DNA of 63,155 nt, the filler included, from Octopus bimaculoides (lineage: Eukaryota): assembly GCF_001194135.2 (NCBI RefSeq). It is 3 parts of 3 records of this genome, joined end to end, with 100 filler letters (N's around TTAATTAATTAA, not from the genome) between each part and the next. Parts side by side here need not be neighbours in the genome. Positions count along the whole stretch, not along the records: positions 1 to 29,158 come from NC_068993.1; 2 more parts are not named here. One strand, 5' to 3'. Below the pieces are notes generated by a model. It was not told the origin of the DNA. It searched no databases and saw nothing but the letters and a program-made list of their open reading frames with translations. Of this stretch, positions 1-12,361 are shown in pieces. A program made the position numbers and the translations under genes. The stretch's first letter is position 1. Each line of letters starts with the position of its first letter.

Positions 1-4
1 GAAT

Positions 5-7
5 GTG

Positions 8-45
<38 letters not shown>

Positions 46-47
46 CC

Positions 48-80
<33 letters not shown>

Positions 81-82
81 GC

Positions 83-157
<75 letters not shown>

Positions 158-393
158 CGTATATATACGCACACACATATGTATATCAATGTATATGTAT
201 TTGTGAATGTGTAAGAACGTCTGTAGGAACGTATATGTTTTCAAGAGATGTGAGTTCGCGTCTCATGAACAGCTTTCGAATTTTCATATTCAAAAGAGTT
301 ATTCAACTCAAGATTTGCATGCTATTATGTGCAGCTCTATGTGCTTCGAAATCCATTGTTACACGCACACACACACGCAGACACGCACGCACG

Positions 394-466
<73 letters not shown>
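5..466. repeat. Compound microsatellites: (TGTC)n grading into (TATC)n at 5-156, and (CACG)n/(CA)n at about 360-466
   Basis: Directly visible tandem repeats; they explain the spurious ORFs 3..206, 5..214, 7..477 and 207..530. Confidence 0.97.
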
Positions 467-469
<3 letters not shown>

Positions 470-574
470 CTCTATAGAGGCATTTCAAGCAACATTTGGC
501 GATTTCAGAAACTGCTTGATGTATAGGTAGAGTGTCTCGACGTTGGAGAGCATAAAAATTAAATTTGTTGTTAA

Positions 575-1058
575 CAAAAGGTTATCTGGCATGGAGGAAT
601 GGAAATCATCTGGGAGGCCATATGTGTAGCATCAGGGTTCGGCTCCTTGACATACTTCTGGAAAGAGTCAGAATTGGTTGTGGCAGAATTTATAAGATTT
701 CACCAGCCCTAACGTGTGGTTTCCTGATTTCCTCTGATTTTAATTCCTTGAATTACTTTGTCTGGCGCAGTTCAGAGAGACACCAACCGATCTACCTCCT
801 ACATCAAGGCCGAGCTGGTGGCCGACATGAAGGATCTGTTCGAAAATCTTCCTGGGATACAGAGAGTAACGTATGCGCCAGGTACCAGAGCCATCTTGAG
901 GCCGTGCTGGAAGCTCAGGCCGGTTACTTACTTTGAGTTATCTGCCGACCATAATCTAGTTGATGCTTTGAGTTTTTGAAATACTTTTATTTTTGTGTGG
1001 GGTATTGTGTTGTCCTTTTTCATTTATACAATTGTCAAATTTTGCCCGAACACCTTTT
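575..1058 (+). mobile_element. Tc1/mariner maT (DD37D)-type transposase pseudogene, C-terminal half with decayed right end
   Basis: Translation across stops and frameshifts gives GRPYV*HQGSAP*HTSGKSQNWLWQNL*DFTSPNVW..SSDFNSLNYFVW..ERDTNRSTSYIKAELVADMKDLFENLP..RYQSHLEAVLEAQAGY. This matches the QQDSAPxH...WPPNSPDLNPxDYxxW...RxRLEAVxEAxGxY motif series. Confidence 0.85.
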
Positions 1059-1206
1059 ATACATACAGCCATATGTGTGTGAGTGTGTGTGTGTGTGTGT
1101 GTGTTTCTGCATCCGTGCATGCCAGTTTGCATATGTTAGCGCATTGGACAAAATTCCAAGTGGCATTTCCATTGGTTCTTTATGGTTTAAATTACAATTC
1201 TAATAA

Positions 1207-1317
1207 GATCGATTTGCCTTTCATGCAGTCAAGTACTAGGTGTTGACGTACTACTGAGGATTGATGTACCAGCAACTCCGAAATTGCTGGCCTTGTGCCA
1301 AAATTTGTGACCATTAT
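1207..1317 (+). mobile_element. tRNA-derived SINE (family A), 3' part
   Basis: TTTGCCTTTCAT core and GAAATTGCTGGCCTTGTGCCAAAATTTG tail, shared with the copies at 2436 and 54660. Confidence 0.7.
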
Positions 1318-1330
1318 CGTTAAGGTGGAT

Positions 1331-1541
1331 GCTGGCCATTAACACGTTGAAGCAAATGCTTAGTTCCATTTCTTCCGACTTTATGTTCTGAGTTCAAATT
1401 CCACCGTCGTCGTCTTTACCTTTCATTCTTCCGGCATCGATAAATAAGTATTAGTTATATACTGGGGTCGATGTAATGGACTAGCCCCTTGCCCCAAAAT
1501 ATCAGGCCTTGCGTATATAGTAGAAATATTTATTATTATTA
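1331..1541 (+). mobile_element. tRNA-derived SINE (family A)
   Basis: GTTCTGAGTTCAAATTCC B-box, CCTTTCATTCTTCCGG..TCGATAAATAAGTA core, ACTGGGGTCGAT, then a GCCTTG..TATAGTAGAAA-(TTA)n tail. Confidence 0.85.
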
Positions 1542-2206
1542 TGGAAATATTTTCGTCGATAGTGTCATGCGAGATTCTACTGCACCACTTGGTGTACCTC
1601 CATGTTTCTAAGGTGTGTGTAACATTGTGTTCTTGCTTGTGTGAGTATTGCATGAAAGTACATGCTTCCTGTTGGTATACTCACCACTTTATTTTAATGT
1701 GAGTTTATTTTCTTGTTTCTTGTTATATTACTATGTATTCTGTCGCGTGTGGTATGTGTAATATGAGTTGTCTCATTGTGCAGGATGCTCAGCCTGCATT
1801 CGGTATTAGGCGAATGGATTAACCTCTTCTTCAGCTTTCGATAACTCGACGGAAGATTTGTGAAGTTACCGGTATCTCTATTCGCTATTCATGTCATTAT
1901 TCATTATTGCATTTGTTGTATTTTTACTGCTTTTACCACTGGATTCTAAGCACAGAGAGTTAATGTTCTTTGATATGTATTTGCTGATTTTGTAATGTAG
2001 TTAATTCCTAACATTTTCGTATTTATACATGACAACAATAAATCATGTTACACAGGATATATAGGTTAAATATCGATCAGGATCTCTGGCATTTTTTATC
2101 CCTTACGTCTCGCTTCATGTTTATGAGCGTTTCTACATTCCATGTTCGCTCTCTCCAGCTTTCTTCTTCTCCCCCTCCTCATTCTTTCCATTTTTTAAAT
2201 TATATA

Positions 2207-2275
<69 letters not shown>

Positions 2276-2435
2276 TAGAGTGTTACTAGTCATATGCTGG
2301 GAACTTTGGAAGCATATTTTTGCTACAGTGGATAATTAGATAAAAATTAAATAATAATGATTGTACGTAAGTCACATATTCTGATATTATCCATGGGGGC
2401 AAAGTGTTTTAATGTTATTGGAGCAATAAAGTCAG

Positions 2436-2650
2436 TAAGCTGTCAGTATCAATAGCACGCCGACCTACATGCTTAGCGGTAGTTCGTCCGTCTTTACCTT
2501 CTGAGTTCAAATTCTGCTGAGATCGAATAACCTTTCATCTTTCTGGGATTGATAAAATAAATACTAGTTGAGTAGTGAAGTCGATTTAATCGATTTTCCT
2601 CCTCCCCCGAAATTGCTGGCCTTGTACCAAAATTTGAAGCTAATATTATT
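2436..2650 (+). mobile_element. tRNA-derived SINE (family A)
   Basis: AGCTGTCAG head, ATGCTTAGCGGT, CTGAGTTCAAATTC B-box, CCTTTCATCTTTCTGGG core, TGGCCTTGTACCAAAATTTGAA tail. Confidence 0.85.
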
Positions 2651-2774
2651 GTAGCAATAGTAATGATATATTCTTTTGGAAGAGCTTCTGAAAGTTCTTT
2701 CTCCTAGTGATTGGTGCAAAAAGAGGAAAAGCGATACAGAAAAGATTATTTCCAAATGTTCATTACAATAAATA

Positions 2775-2988
2775 TTGTTATTGATTTCGAATTTTGGCAT
2801 ATGGCGGACATGTTTGAGGGAGAAGGTAAGTCGATTATATCGACCCCAGTGCTCAAGTAGTACTTAATTTATCGACCCCGAAAGGATGAAAGTCGATAAT
2901 GGTGGAATTTGAACTTACAACGAAAAGACGGACGAAATGCTGCTAAGCATGTGACACTGGCACGATAAAGACTCTGCAGTTTCGTTGC
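2775..2988 (-). mobile_element. tRNA-derived SINE (family A), inverted relative to the 2436 copy
   Basis: Reverse complement of the family core: ATCGACCCCAGT..TACTTAATTTATCGACCCCGAAAGGATGAAAG..GGAATTTGAACT..GCTAAGCAT. Confidence 0.85.
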
Positions 2989-4374
2989 ATTCACAATGGA
3001 TATTTATATTGCATAGCCTTTTCAGCTATAGCCTATTACTCTGCCGTCCGTTTCAACTTTTCCTCCTCCAACTCCTTCTCCTCCTAATTTTTTTTTCTCT
3101 AGCGTTCTTTCAGTAATTATCTGCCACTAAGCACAGAATGTACAGTCATTCTGAACTACGTAGGTTACTTCTCTCTATCTCTCTGTTTTAACCTATCTTT
3201 TCCCCTCTGTGCATGGTTGCAATATTCGTCAACGAGTTGACCACCATTGATATTGCCTATTATTGCATACAAATGCATTAACAGAGATACATGCACATAT
3301 CTGTGGGAGGCAGATGTGTGTAAGTATTTATAGGTATGCACACAAATGCATATACGTATAGGCATACTCATAAACGCATATATATGTATGTAACCATCAG
3401 TAATTTTCAACCTCTTTGCCACTCTTTTCGTTTCAATTTCTTAAATATTCAACTTGCAATATGTTTAACACGCCAGTGATTCAGTCATTTAAGCAAGAAG
3501 GGCAATGGTAAAAGGATTTAAAGTATTTGTACTTCAAACAAGTCGAAACTGTTATTACACTGTTCCCCAAAGCTGACGAGAAGTTCCCAAAAGACATAAC
3601 TTCTGGTGTATTTGTTTACATTTGTCATTTCAGTTTCCATACACTCATACGTACATACATACATACATATATACATACATACGTACGTACTTACATACAT
3701 ACATACATACGTACATACATACACATATACATACATATACATGAAAATAACTTAATATAATTAACTGAGAGTGGCCAGTGGAATGTGTATAATTCGCGAA
3801 GGAAAATAACTGTTTATTAGATAACACGTAATATAATTTCTTGATTTATTGGTAATAACTCCACTTCCAGAAAGTGTAGAAAAATCTCTTTATGGCAATA
3901 GACATTAACTGCAATTTAGAGTCTGAGATAATTGCAAGAATAGAGAATACTTTCAACTCTGCGTACCATTAAGAAAAAAGGAATCTGATTGTCTGGAGAA
4001 TGAACAAATACAATGTTTGTTCTGAACGTGCTAAAACACCAACAAACAGTCATTTATACATAAATACGCATGTGAGTATGTGTGTGTGTGTGTGTGCATG
4101 TGCATGTGTTTGTGTGCATGCATGTGTGTGTAATATTTGTGTACATTTGCATGTATGAAGCAGAGGTGTAGCAAAGAAGACAGACGTGGTAGCACGTGCA
4201 CTCGTGCGCAGGTAAGACGTGATGCCAAATATTCATATTTCGAATCATGCCTGTTAAGTTGAACCACCAAAATGGTCGTTGACCCTGGACAAAGAACACT
4301 TACTACACTGGAAACACACACACACGCACACGTATATATAAACCATGAGNNNNNNNNNNNNNNNNNNNNNNNNN

Positions 4375-4411
<37 letters not shown>

Positions 4412-6449
4412 CACCTACACACACACACACACACACGCACACACGCACACACAAACACACACACACAAGCTCACACACAGATATATATATGTGGCTCGCC
4501 GGCATTGGAAACCGATCTAAGATTTACAGGGTGACCACCAGGATTATATATCTTTGAAACCATTTTGGGAAATGTATGTGTGTGTATGTGCGTGTGTGCG
4601 TCTCATGGCGATTTGTATTTTCAGAACAGATATTCTGTTGATACATACAAAAATCCTGCGATGACAAACAGAGTACAAGAAACGTCGATGAAAAATTATA
4701 AAATAAAAAAAAAGGAAGGAACTTGAGGAAAAGTGTGAATAAGGAGACTACCAATTCCTGATGAATGATTTTGTTTAAAAATCCAGAGGTGAGTATTAAA
4801 TCTGTTTATTAGTGACAAATAAATTACAGCTAACTCAAAGATCTCTTCAAATTCACATTTTATGTTTCAACCTCATAAGTGTATTAATTTGTTCTTTCCT
4901 ATTGATACCTTCAAAAGGTTAGAATAAAATAAGATACTAGCTATATATTAAGTTTAAAACATTGTCGCAGTGGAAGAATCGAACGCAATTTTTACATCTT
5001 AATTCGATATTTTCTGAGATAAACTCATTAATTATAGTGTTTCTCAGTCAGCAAGACTTATAAGGAAAATATACAGGAATTGCTGATAAAATAGATTGTT
5101 TTCTACTGTATTTTTGCAAGATTCATGGTGATACATATTTGCAGGAGCAAGTAAATATGTCAAATTTGAGCGCCTACTTTATAAAGTATGACTGTAAATC
5201 CTCTCTCCCCACATAAACAAATTGCTTAGCCTGAAATGCTGAGATTCTCTTCTGCTTTTGTCATGCCAAGTCGTCCAACTCATCAAACTTTACATCTACT
5301 AACATTTATTCTACTTTCTAATTAGTTTTCCTTATGCAATCGTTTCTAGTGTCCTACTAAATCTTCTCTGGTACACTGGCTCTCTATTCCTATACATTAG
5401 ATATCATTTTGCTATGATATTTCACTTGAAGCTTTCATCTTTCTCATTTCAAATCCATGCAGATTTTTTGTTAACATTAGTGAACCAATGATGTAGACAC
5501 ATTTTTATTCACGCCTCATTCCATTATCTTTATTGACACATCTCTAATATACTTGGCAACAACATGAATCTTATAATCTTAATTATATTCCCTTCTTTAC
5601 TAATAGAATGTATATGTATTCACATACATACACACACTCACGAACACAAACACACGCATAAAGCTAAAGAAAACCTCCTTCTTCATATAACATTAGTTTG
5701 AAGACATATTTTATATGGAAAACGTTCTAATGAAGTATTCGGAGGAATTTTACTGTAATGAATTACAAGTCGCAAGTCACACCATGTTATTGCTTGAGAC
5801 AGATATTTTAGCAAGACTCAGTAAACATACAAGAAATTAAAAATATGGGAATTGAGTAGAAACTGCTTCATAACAAGCTTTTCACAATCGAAGAAAATTA
5901 CAATTGAGAAACTTACATTTAAGAAGGGGCAGTACGAATGAGAAAAATTTAATCACGATCTTGAATTAGATTTTCAAGTTGTTTATAATCTTGTTTCTAG
6001 ATAAAATAGCGTACACACTTGCTGGTATGCATTTCTATGCAACCCACTCTATAAGACAATGATGTGCCATTCGATCCATATCCTCGTTTCTTTCACTATT
6101 TATTCACTTCATCTCATTGATTTTTTCTTCTCTATATTTACTCAAGAACTTGTTCACCTGTTTACACATCAGTTGTTGTTTATCTCGCTAAAACACCCAT
6201 GTTTCTTCTTCAGCCGTAGATATTGTTTGCTTCCTTTGAGGAATTGAAAAAGAAAAACATTTGACAAAAGGAACACAAATCCTAAAGCTAAATGAGCTCA
6301 GCTGAAGGGATAGTTAGGTATTGTCAAGGCTTATTTAAAAGAAAATATTAGATGAATTGAGGACAAGCAAGTGTCTAAAACTACATAGAAAATAAACGTA
6401 AACTGTTTACAGCTTTTCAATTTTAATGCTAAAGAAAAAGTGACTGAAT

Positions 6450-6710
6450 AAGAACAGAGCTTGTACTCATACTTCTTGAATTTATGGGCATCAAAATTCT
6501 ACACGTGAGCCAGAAAATTTAAGGCATTAGAAAAGGAACTGAAGATGTTCATACTGTTTCCACAACAATAGTAAAATGGCACTAATAAAAGCACAACACC
6601 AGACAAATGAAATAGAACACATAGTTATTGGAAGAAGTAATGATCCATTCTGAACCAGTGAACTGTTTAGCAAACAATTCCGAAAATCACAAAACCATGG
6701 CGAAAGAATT
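6450..6710 (+). mobile_element. Possible decayed hAT (Buster/SPIN-like) transposase C-terminus
   Basis: Frames give NLWASKF..ALEKELKMFILFP and MALIKAQHQTNEIEH..SELFSKQFRKSQ, resembling FWxS..ALKxLxxFPTTY..SxMxxIKxKxRNRL..SH. Heavily mutated, so the match is weak. Confidence 0.3.
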
Positions 6711-7667
6711 ACACCGAGAAATATATGACAGAAAGTACAGTTGTAAGCGTTAGTTTCAAATGTCTCTATGGTAATAAGAGAAGTGATTTTAATAGGCCAA
6801 TTAGGTTTACATCCTAATGAACCGCTTTGGTGACAGTATTGATGTAAATCTATTAACTCTAATTCGTTTGGCAACAAAATATCTTCCGCGTCCTTGACAT
6901 GCATTGTAAATTTATTGCAATGTAAGAATACTTTCTAAAACAAATAACAAATTCATGCATTGCAAAATACCTACATCTATATAATAGAATGCGTCACACA
7001 CACACACACACACACACACACACNNNNNNNNNNNNNNNNNNNNNNNNNNNNNNNNNNNNNNNNNNNNNNNNNNNNNNNNNNNNNNNNNNNNNNNNNNNNN
7101 NNNNNNNNNNNNNNNNNNNNNNNNNNNNNNNNNNNNNNNNNNNNNNNNNNNNNNNNNNNNNNNNNNNNNNNNNNNNNNNNNNNNNNNNNNNNNNNNNNNN
7201 NNNNNNNNNNNNNNNNNNNNNNNNNNNNNNNNNNNNNNNNNNNNNNNNNNNNNNNNNNNNNNNNNNNNNNNNNNNNNNNNNNNNNNNNNNNNNNNNNNNN
7301 NNNNNNNNNNNNNNNNNNNNNNNNNNNNNNNNNNNAGAGAGAGAGAGAGAGAGAGAAGATGACATAAAGCATAATCCTTATAATGAAAAACCTATATGAG
7401 TAAATGCTATGAAAATATCTTTTACATGGAGTAAAATTAATTTTAGAAGACAGTATGGTACTGTCGTCTTTTGGAAGACCTGCTCTAATGTATACGTTAT
7501 ATATAGACGAGGAACAAGAAACTAAGAAGCACAATGTTAAATTCTGGGATTAAATAGATGGTCACCTATGTATCACAATGAGCACCACAACAATGATAGT
7601 TTGTCCTATCCACTCAGACCATTGTTGCAACATTCACCCACATTTAATCAAAATTACTGAAATGCAG

Positions 7668-7765
7668 TTGTACTTAATTTATCGATCCAGAAAGGATTAA
7701 AGGCAAAGTTGACCTCGGCGGAATTTGAACTCAGAACGTAGCGACGGGTAAAATATTGCTGAACG
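7668..7765 (-). mobile_element. tRNA-derived SINE (family A), partial
   Basis: GTACTTAATTTATCGATCCAGAAAGGATTAAAGGCAAAGTTGACCTCGGCGGAATTTGAACTCAGAACGTA. Confidence 0.85.
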
Positions 7766-7772
7766 GGGTGGC

Positions 7773-8463
7773 AATACTGAGCAGTGACTTTCATGGCTTC
7801 TGAACATTACTGATTGGAAGTTTTGTCAACTATATGATTTGCGTTGTTCTAAAAGATGCGCTACAGCAAATCCGCAGCTCAGTACCGCCGATTTGCTTGT
7901 CAATTACTTGATATAACCAATTGAGCGCTTCTGGTCTTAAATGATTGGAAGGTTTGTCATGTACATTGTTTTGTCTTGGTATAAAAGATGGGCTACAGCA
8001 AATATACTGCTCAGTACCACAGATTTGTCACTTGTTCGACCTTAACTAGTTGAGCATGTTCCTTAGTGGCTTACAATATGTGCATCTCTCTTAACGAGCA
8101 AAAGTAGTTGGGGAGCATCATAGCCACGTGTTGAATTCTTTGGGGTTTGAATAATTCACCTTAGGAAACATGGGTGTTTTGTTCAACATCTTTTAACAAC
8201 CCTTATTCAGAGACCTTTTGAGCGGGATGGGCTACTCGACCTGAAGAGAATTCTAACTGGGCCCCACCTGCAAGATCATGCACTGTTTATCTTGATATGA
8301 GATTACCATGTCGCGTACATATGGTTATGAAGCTTGTGCCTAGCGTACCTTTATCAAACGGTAAGTCATTATGGGTATACTGGACTTTGTATATTTTAAC
8401 CCAGTATCACTTTGATGGCATGCACTGTTCTCTCACCCAATAATAATAATAACAATAATAATG

Positions 8464-8521
<58 letters not shown>

Positions 8522-8535
8522 TAATAATAATAATA
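7773..8535 (+). mobile_element. Non-coding (AAT)n-tailed interspersed repeat, copy 1, with its first ~160 bp tandemly duplicated
   Basis: Highly similar over ~500 bp to 11438-11967 (TTGTCTTGGTATAAAAGATGGGCTACAGC ... CACTTTGATGGCATGC..CTCTCAC-(AAT)n). 7773-7935 is a diverged duplicate of the 5' end. Confidence 0.85.
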
Positions 8536-8539
8536 GCTA

Positions 8540-8880
8540 ATCTCGGAAGCATAGTATAAAAGATTGGATAAAAATTATAAATAAAAACATTTGCTTGCTG
8601 ATAGACATTGTTGTCCTTTCTGAGCAAGATATTTCCCCAAAAGAAGTGAAATTATCAAAGTTAAAAGACCTAGAAATTGAAGTATCCAAGATGTGGAGCA
8701 TGAAAGTGAAAACAATACCAGTAGAAGCATTGGCTATGATAAAAAAAAATGCCTATAGACAAAAACGTAGGTGCTATGCCTAGACCCTCAACACTACACG
8801 CTATACAAAGAATAGCTCCACTAGGAAAAGCCGACATCTAATGCAAGACACTATCAATTCAATATCACAACCCAAATAGA
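8540..8880 (+). mobile_element. R4/Dong-clade non-LTR retrotransposon 3' fragment (restriction-like endonuclease domain)
   Basis: KNICLLIDIVVLSEQDISPKEVKLSKLKDLEIEVSKMWSMKVKTIPVEALAMIKK matches the R4-type CxLIDxxVP..KxxKYKDLEIE..RMW..IPVVIGALGxIKK motif. It starts directly after an (AAT)n run. Confidence 0.85.
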
Positions 8881-9876
8881 ACTATCCACAAATACAAGAC
8901 CCTCTCTATACAGTAAATATCCAACTAAATGAACAACGCCCACAACATATGCTCTACAAGCGAAGAACAGAGCTCTCATCACACACACAACACATAATAC
9001 AGACGCCAATAACACTAAGACAGCAAACACTATAACAATATAAGCTGATGTAATACAATACCGAGAAGATCTTGCATTCCCCAACAACGAAAAAGAACGC
9101 ACAATGCAGCACTCCCAGCAACACCCCATAAAATGTCAAACAACAACGAAATCGAGAACAACAACGACGACGACGACGACGATGATAATGATGATGATGT
9201 CAATAATTATGTTTTATTCGCCATTAGAAAATAGAGAGAAATATAAAACCGGAGCTTACATAGACGCCTGGAGTGATTACCAAAGAAGGCAGTAAAAGTG
9301 TAAAATGTACAATATATAACTGAACAAATTAACGATGTATACAACAAACATTTACACAGAAATTAATGAGCAAAGGTACGATAAATAGCACAACAATTAA
9401 AACATGTGCTGATAAGGAAACCCTACTTCCTTGGTAACACCCACTCATTGCTTCGTCGAATTATTATTCTTGATGGTCGGAGATTCTGGAATATTCTATG
9501 TGTTCTTGTGTTATATTGGGCACGTACTCGCCCATGTCTTCTGCAACGTTAAACTCTAAATAAAATTTGAACAACCATTCTCTTTTTTATGGTGTTTAAA
9601 ACGTGATCCTATTTCATGTTCGAGGGATACATTTTTTTATATATCTTGTGTATACGGTGTATGTGTCTTTTTATTTTTTACATTTTTTTGAACGATTATT
9701 CTTGAAAAAGTCTGTTAATTCCGTTTCTTTCAGAACAAGAGTTTACCAAATAATATATGACCATCTTCTTCAGATTAGTGATTGTTTTCTTTGCTGGAGA
9801 TGTACGCCATCACTCTCATATTTTACCTTTGTTTTCCCTGCTGGGTTTTCCCACCTTCCTTTCTTCCTTCCTTCCT

Positions 9877-9878
<2 letters not shown>

Positions 9879-9940
<62 letters not shown>

Positions 9941-9962
9941 TTCATCATCATCATCATCATCA

Positions 9963-10023
<61 letters not shown>

Positions 10024-10044
10024 CATCATCATCATCATCATCAT
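9879..10044. repeat. Compound (CAT)n-(TAT)n-(CAT)n trinucleotide repeat, the tail or target of the adjacent R4 element
   Basis: Directly visible. Confidence 0.95.
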
Positions 10045-11160
10045 TTATTTTAAATCTGCTTGTTTGTCACAATCACTTGTCAAAACACACTCAGCGCCCT
10101 AGGGTGACTGAAGGATGTTGCAGTGTAACTGAAAGTTTGGTGAGAGTAAGTGGCAGGGGTAGTAGCGAAATATGTTAATGTAATACAACACAGACGATTG
10201 AATTGATAGGATTTTTCTAAAGACGTGACCATTACTTGACATCACAATCGTTTGAATTTCTCTGAGATATGGTTCTCCGATATTATCAAGACGTTTTTCA
10301 CATCCTTTTCTTATCATATATAGGGCACCCACAATAACAGGAACAGTTCTCGATTTAAGATGCCACATCTTTTATATTTCAATTTCCAGGTCCTTCTATT
10401 TACTTCATTCGGGAAATTCCTTTAGAGATATATTTTCTGTCAGTGGGAACACTTACGTGTTTTGATCTACAGGTATTTTCTTCTCAGTCCTAAATGACGA
10501 TGTCTGGTCGATTATCTGGATCGTTCTGTCGGTGTTGAATGGAAATTCTCAGAGGATAGTGACATTTTTACCATCAACGACTAGCTCCGGATGATGTTCA
10601 TACCAGTAAGCATAAGTTTTGATTTTGTAATGTTTACATATTTTCCAATGTAAATACCGCCCTACCCTATCGCGGTGATTTTTGTATTCGTTTGGTTTTC
10701 AGGACAGGACATCCCGAGACGAGATGGCCTGTTGTTTCGTCAAATGTGTCGCAGGATCTGCATTTAGGGTCAGAACCGTTTTGAAGAACGTTAGCCTGGT
10801 AATTTTGGTAAGCAAGCTTTGATATTGCAACGCCAATATGAAACCTTCGGTCTCTGCTTTTAGTCCTAAGCGTCTCAGTCACTGATAGGTTGTTACTAGG
10901 TGTACATTTCTGCTTCGAAGTATCTACTGTACGTGCAGAGGCTTGTGGCTCCAGCGCTCCTCAATTTATTTCTGCCCGTTCTTTTTTGCAGCCTGTTTGA
11001 TCCGTTATGCTTGTTTAGTGGAAGTGGTTTCATTTTCTTCATCTAATTTACTATTAATACCGAGTTCTCTTGCGAATTTGCAAGTTTCCTTGACAATAGA
11101 ATGTATTTTTTTCTGCTTTCGTGTTTGCATAGAAGTCACAGCATCAAAATGTATAATATA
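10044..11160 (-). mobile_element. R4/Dong-clade LINE, 3' ~1.1 kb (post-RT region, CCHC zinc finger, REL domain, 3' UTR)
   Basis: Minus-strand translation: HSIVKETCKFARELG..RWSHKPLH..WLRRLGLKAETEGFILALQYQSL..NYQANVLQNGSDPKCRSCDTFDETTGHLVSGCPVL..MWHLKSRTVPVIVGALYMIRKG..EIQTIVMSSNGHVFRKILS. Confidence 0.92.
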
Positions 11161-11335
11161 GTAAACCCTCTCTTTTATATGGACGATCTGAAACTGCTTT
11201 TTTAGAAATAATGAAGAGCTAGTAAGGCTGTTAAGAACTCTTAAAGCGTTCAGTAATCAGATCGGGATGGATTTTGGATGACATCGTCATGGATATCGAG
11301 ATCCATTGCAATTGTATCGCGCTCTTAGTCTTGTC

Positions 11336-11388
<53 letters not shown>

Positions 11389-11391
11389 TTG

Positions 11392-11437
<46 letters not shown>

Positions 11438-12249
11438 GTACCAGGCAGTGGCTCTCATGGCTTCACATCTTAACTAATTGGAAGTGGTATAAAAGATGTT
11501 TTGTCTTGGTATAAAAGATGGGCTACAGCATATATTCTGCTTAATACCACAGATTTGCTTGTCAGTTGTTTGACCTTAACCAGTTGAGCATGTCCCTTGG
11601 TGGCTGACAATATGTGCATCTCTGATCACGAGCAGAAGTAGTTGGGGAGCATCATAGCCATGAGTTCTTTGGGGTTTGAATAATTCACCTTTGGAAACAT
11701 GGGTGTTTTGCTCAACATCCTTAAACAAACCTTATTCAGGGACCTTTTGAGCGGGATGGGCTACTAGACCTGAAAAAAATTCTAACTGGGCCCCACCTGC
11801 GAGGTCATGTGCTGTTTATCTCGATATGAGATCACCATGTCGCGCACATATGGTTGTGATGCATGTGCCTGGTGTACCCTTATCAGACGGGTAGTCATGA
11901 TGGGTATATTGGGCGTTATATATTTTACCCCAGTGTCACTTTGATGGCATGCTCTGCTCTCTCACTCAATAATAATAATAATAATAATAAAATAACAATA
12001 ACAATAAAGGCAAGCTCAAACAAACATCTTCCACTAATTAGATACGGACACTACGGTCAAGTACCTTGACCCATAAGAAAGCTGTAAATACCTGGGGATA
12101 AACTAAGGAGATATATACAAGATGCTTCTATGAAGGAAAAATAAGAAAATAGTATTACAGCAGAATAAAACTCCCACTCAAAACTGAACACAATTCCAAA
12201 AGTTGCATCGAAGTCATTAACACCCCGGTACATCCTGTAGCCCCTATAG

Positions 12250-12250
<1 letters not shown>
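11161..12250 (+). mobile_element. R4/Dong-clade reverse transcriptase fragment in the opposite orientation, split by an insertion at 11337-12005
   Basis: 11165-11335 reads PLFYMDDLKLLFRNNEELVRLLRTLKAFSNQIGMDFG..CIALLVL. It resumes at ~12010 with KGKLKQTSS..SCKYLGIN*GD..SMKEKIRK*YYSRIKLPLKTEHNSKSCIEVINT. Confidence 0.85.
11438..12005 (+). mobile_element. Non-coding (AAT)n-tailed interspersed repeat, copy 2, flanked by (AAT)n on both sides
   Basis: Begins GTACCAGGCAGTGGCTCTCATGGCTT after (AAT)n at 11337-11437 and ends CTCTCTCACTC-(AAT)n. Homologous to 7773-8535. Confidence 0.88.
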
Positions 12251-12300
<50 letters not shown>

Positions 12301-12323
12301 CATCATTATTATTTTTTATTATT

Positions 12324-12360
<37 letters not shown>

Positions 12361-12361
12361 T

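Noticed and set aside
3-530. ORFs with periodic peptides (CLSV, IYLS, HT repeats) here and dozens of similar ones throughout the window
   Set aside because: They are translations of di-, tri- and tetranucleotide microsatellites that lack stop codons, or they run through N gaps.
1545-2010. R4-type LINE 3' end and UTR on the minus strand
   Set aside because: There is only a compositional resemblance to 8870-9140 and a few ambiguous codons, which is not enough to call.
3543-3610. Hammerhead candidate (GAAA..CTGACGA-GAAGTT..AACTTC)
   Set aside because: A stem II-like hairpin is present but is not followed by GAAA, and no stem I can be formed in the permuted arrangement.
6527-6904. 125-aa minus-strand ORF as a host gene
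   Set aside because: No recognisable domain or splice context; it is more plausibly the antisense shadow of a decayed plus-strand hAT fragment.
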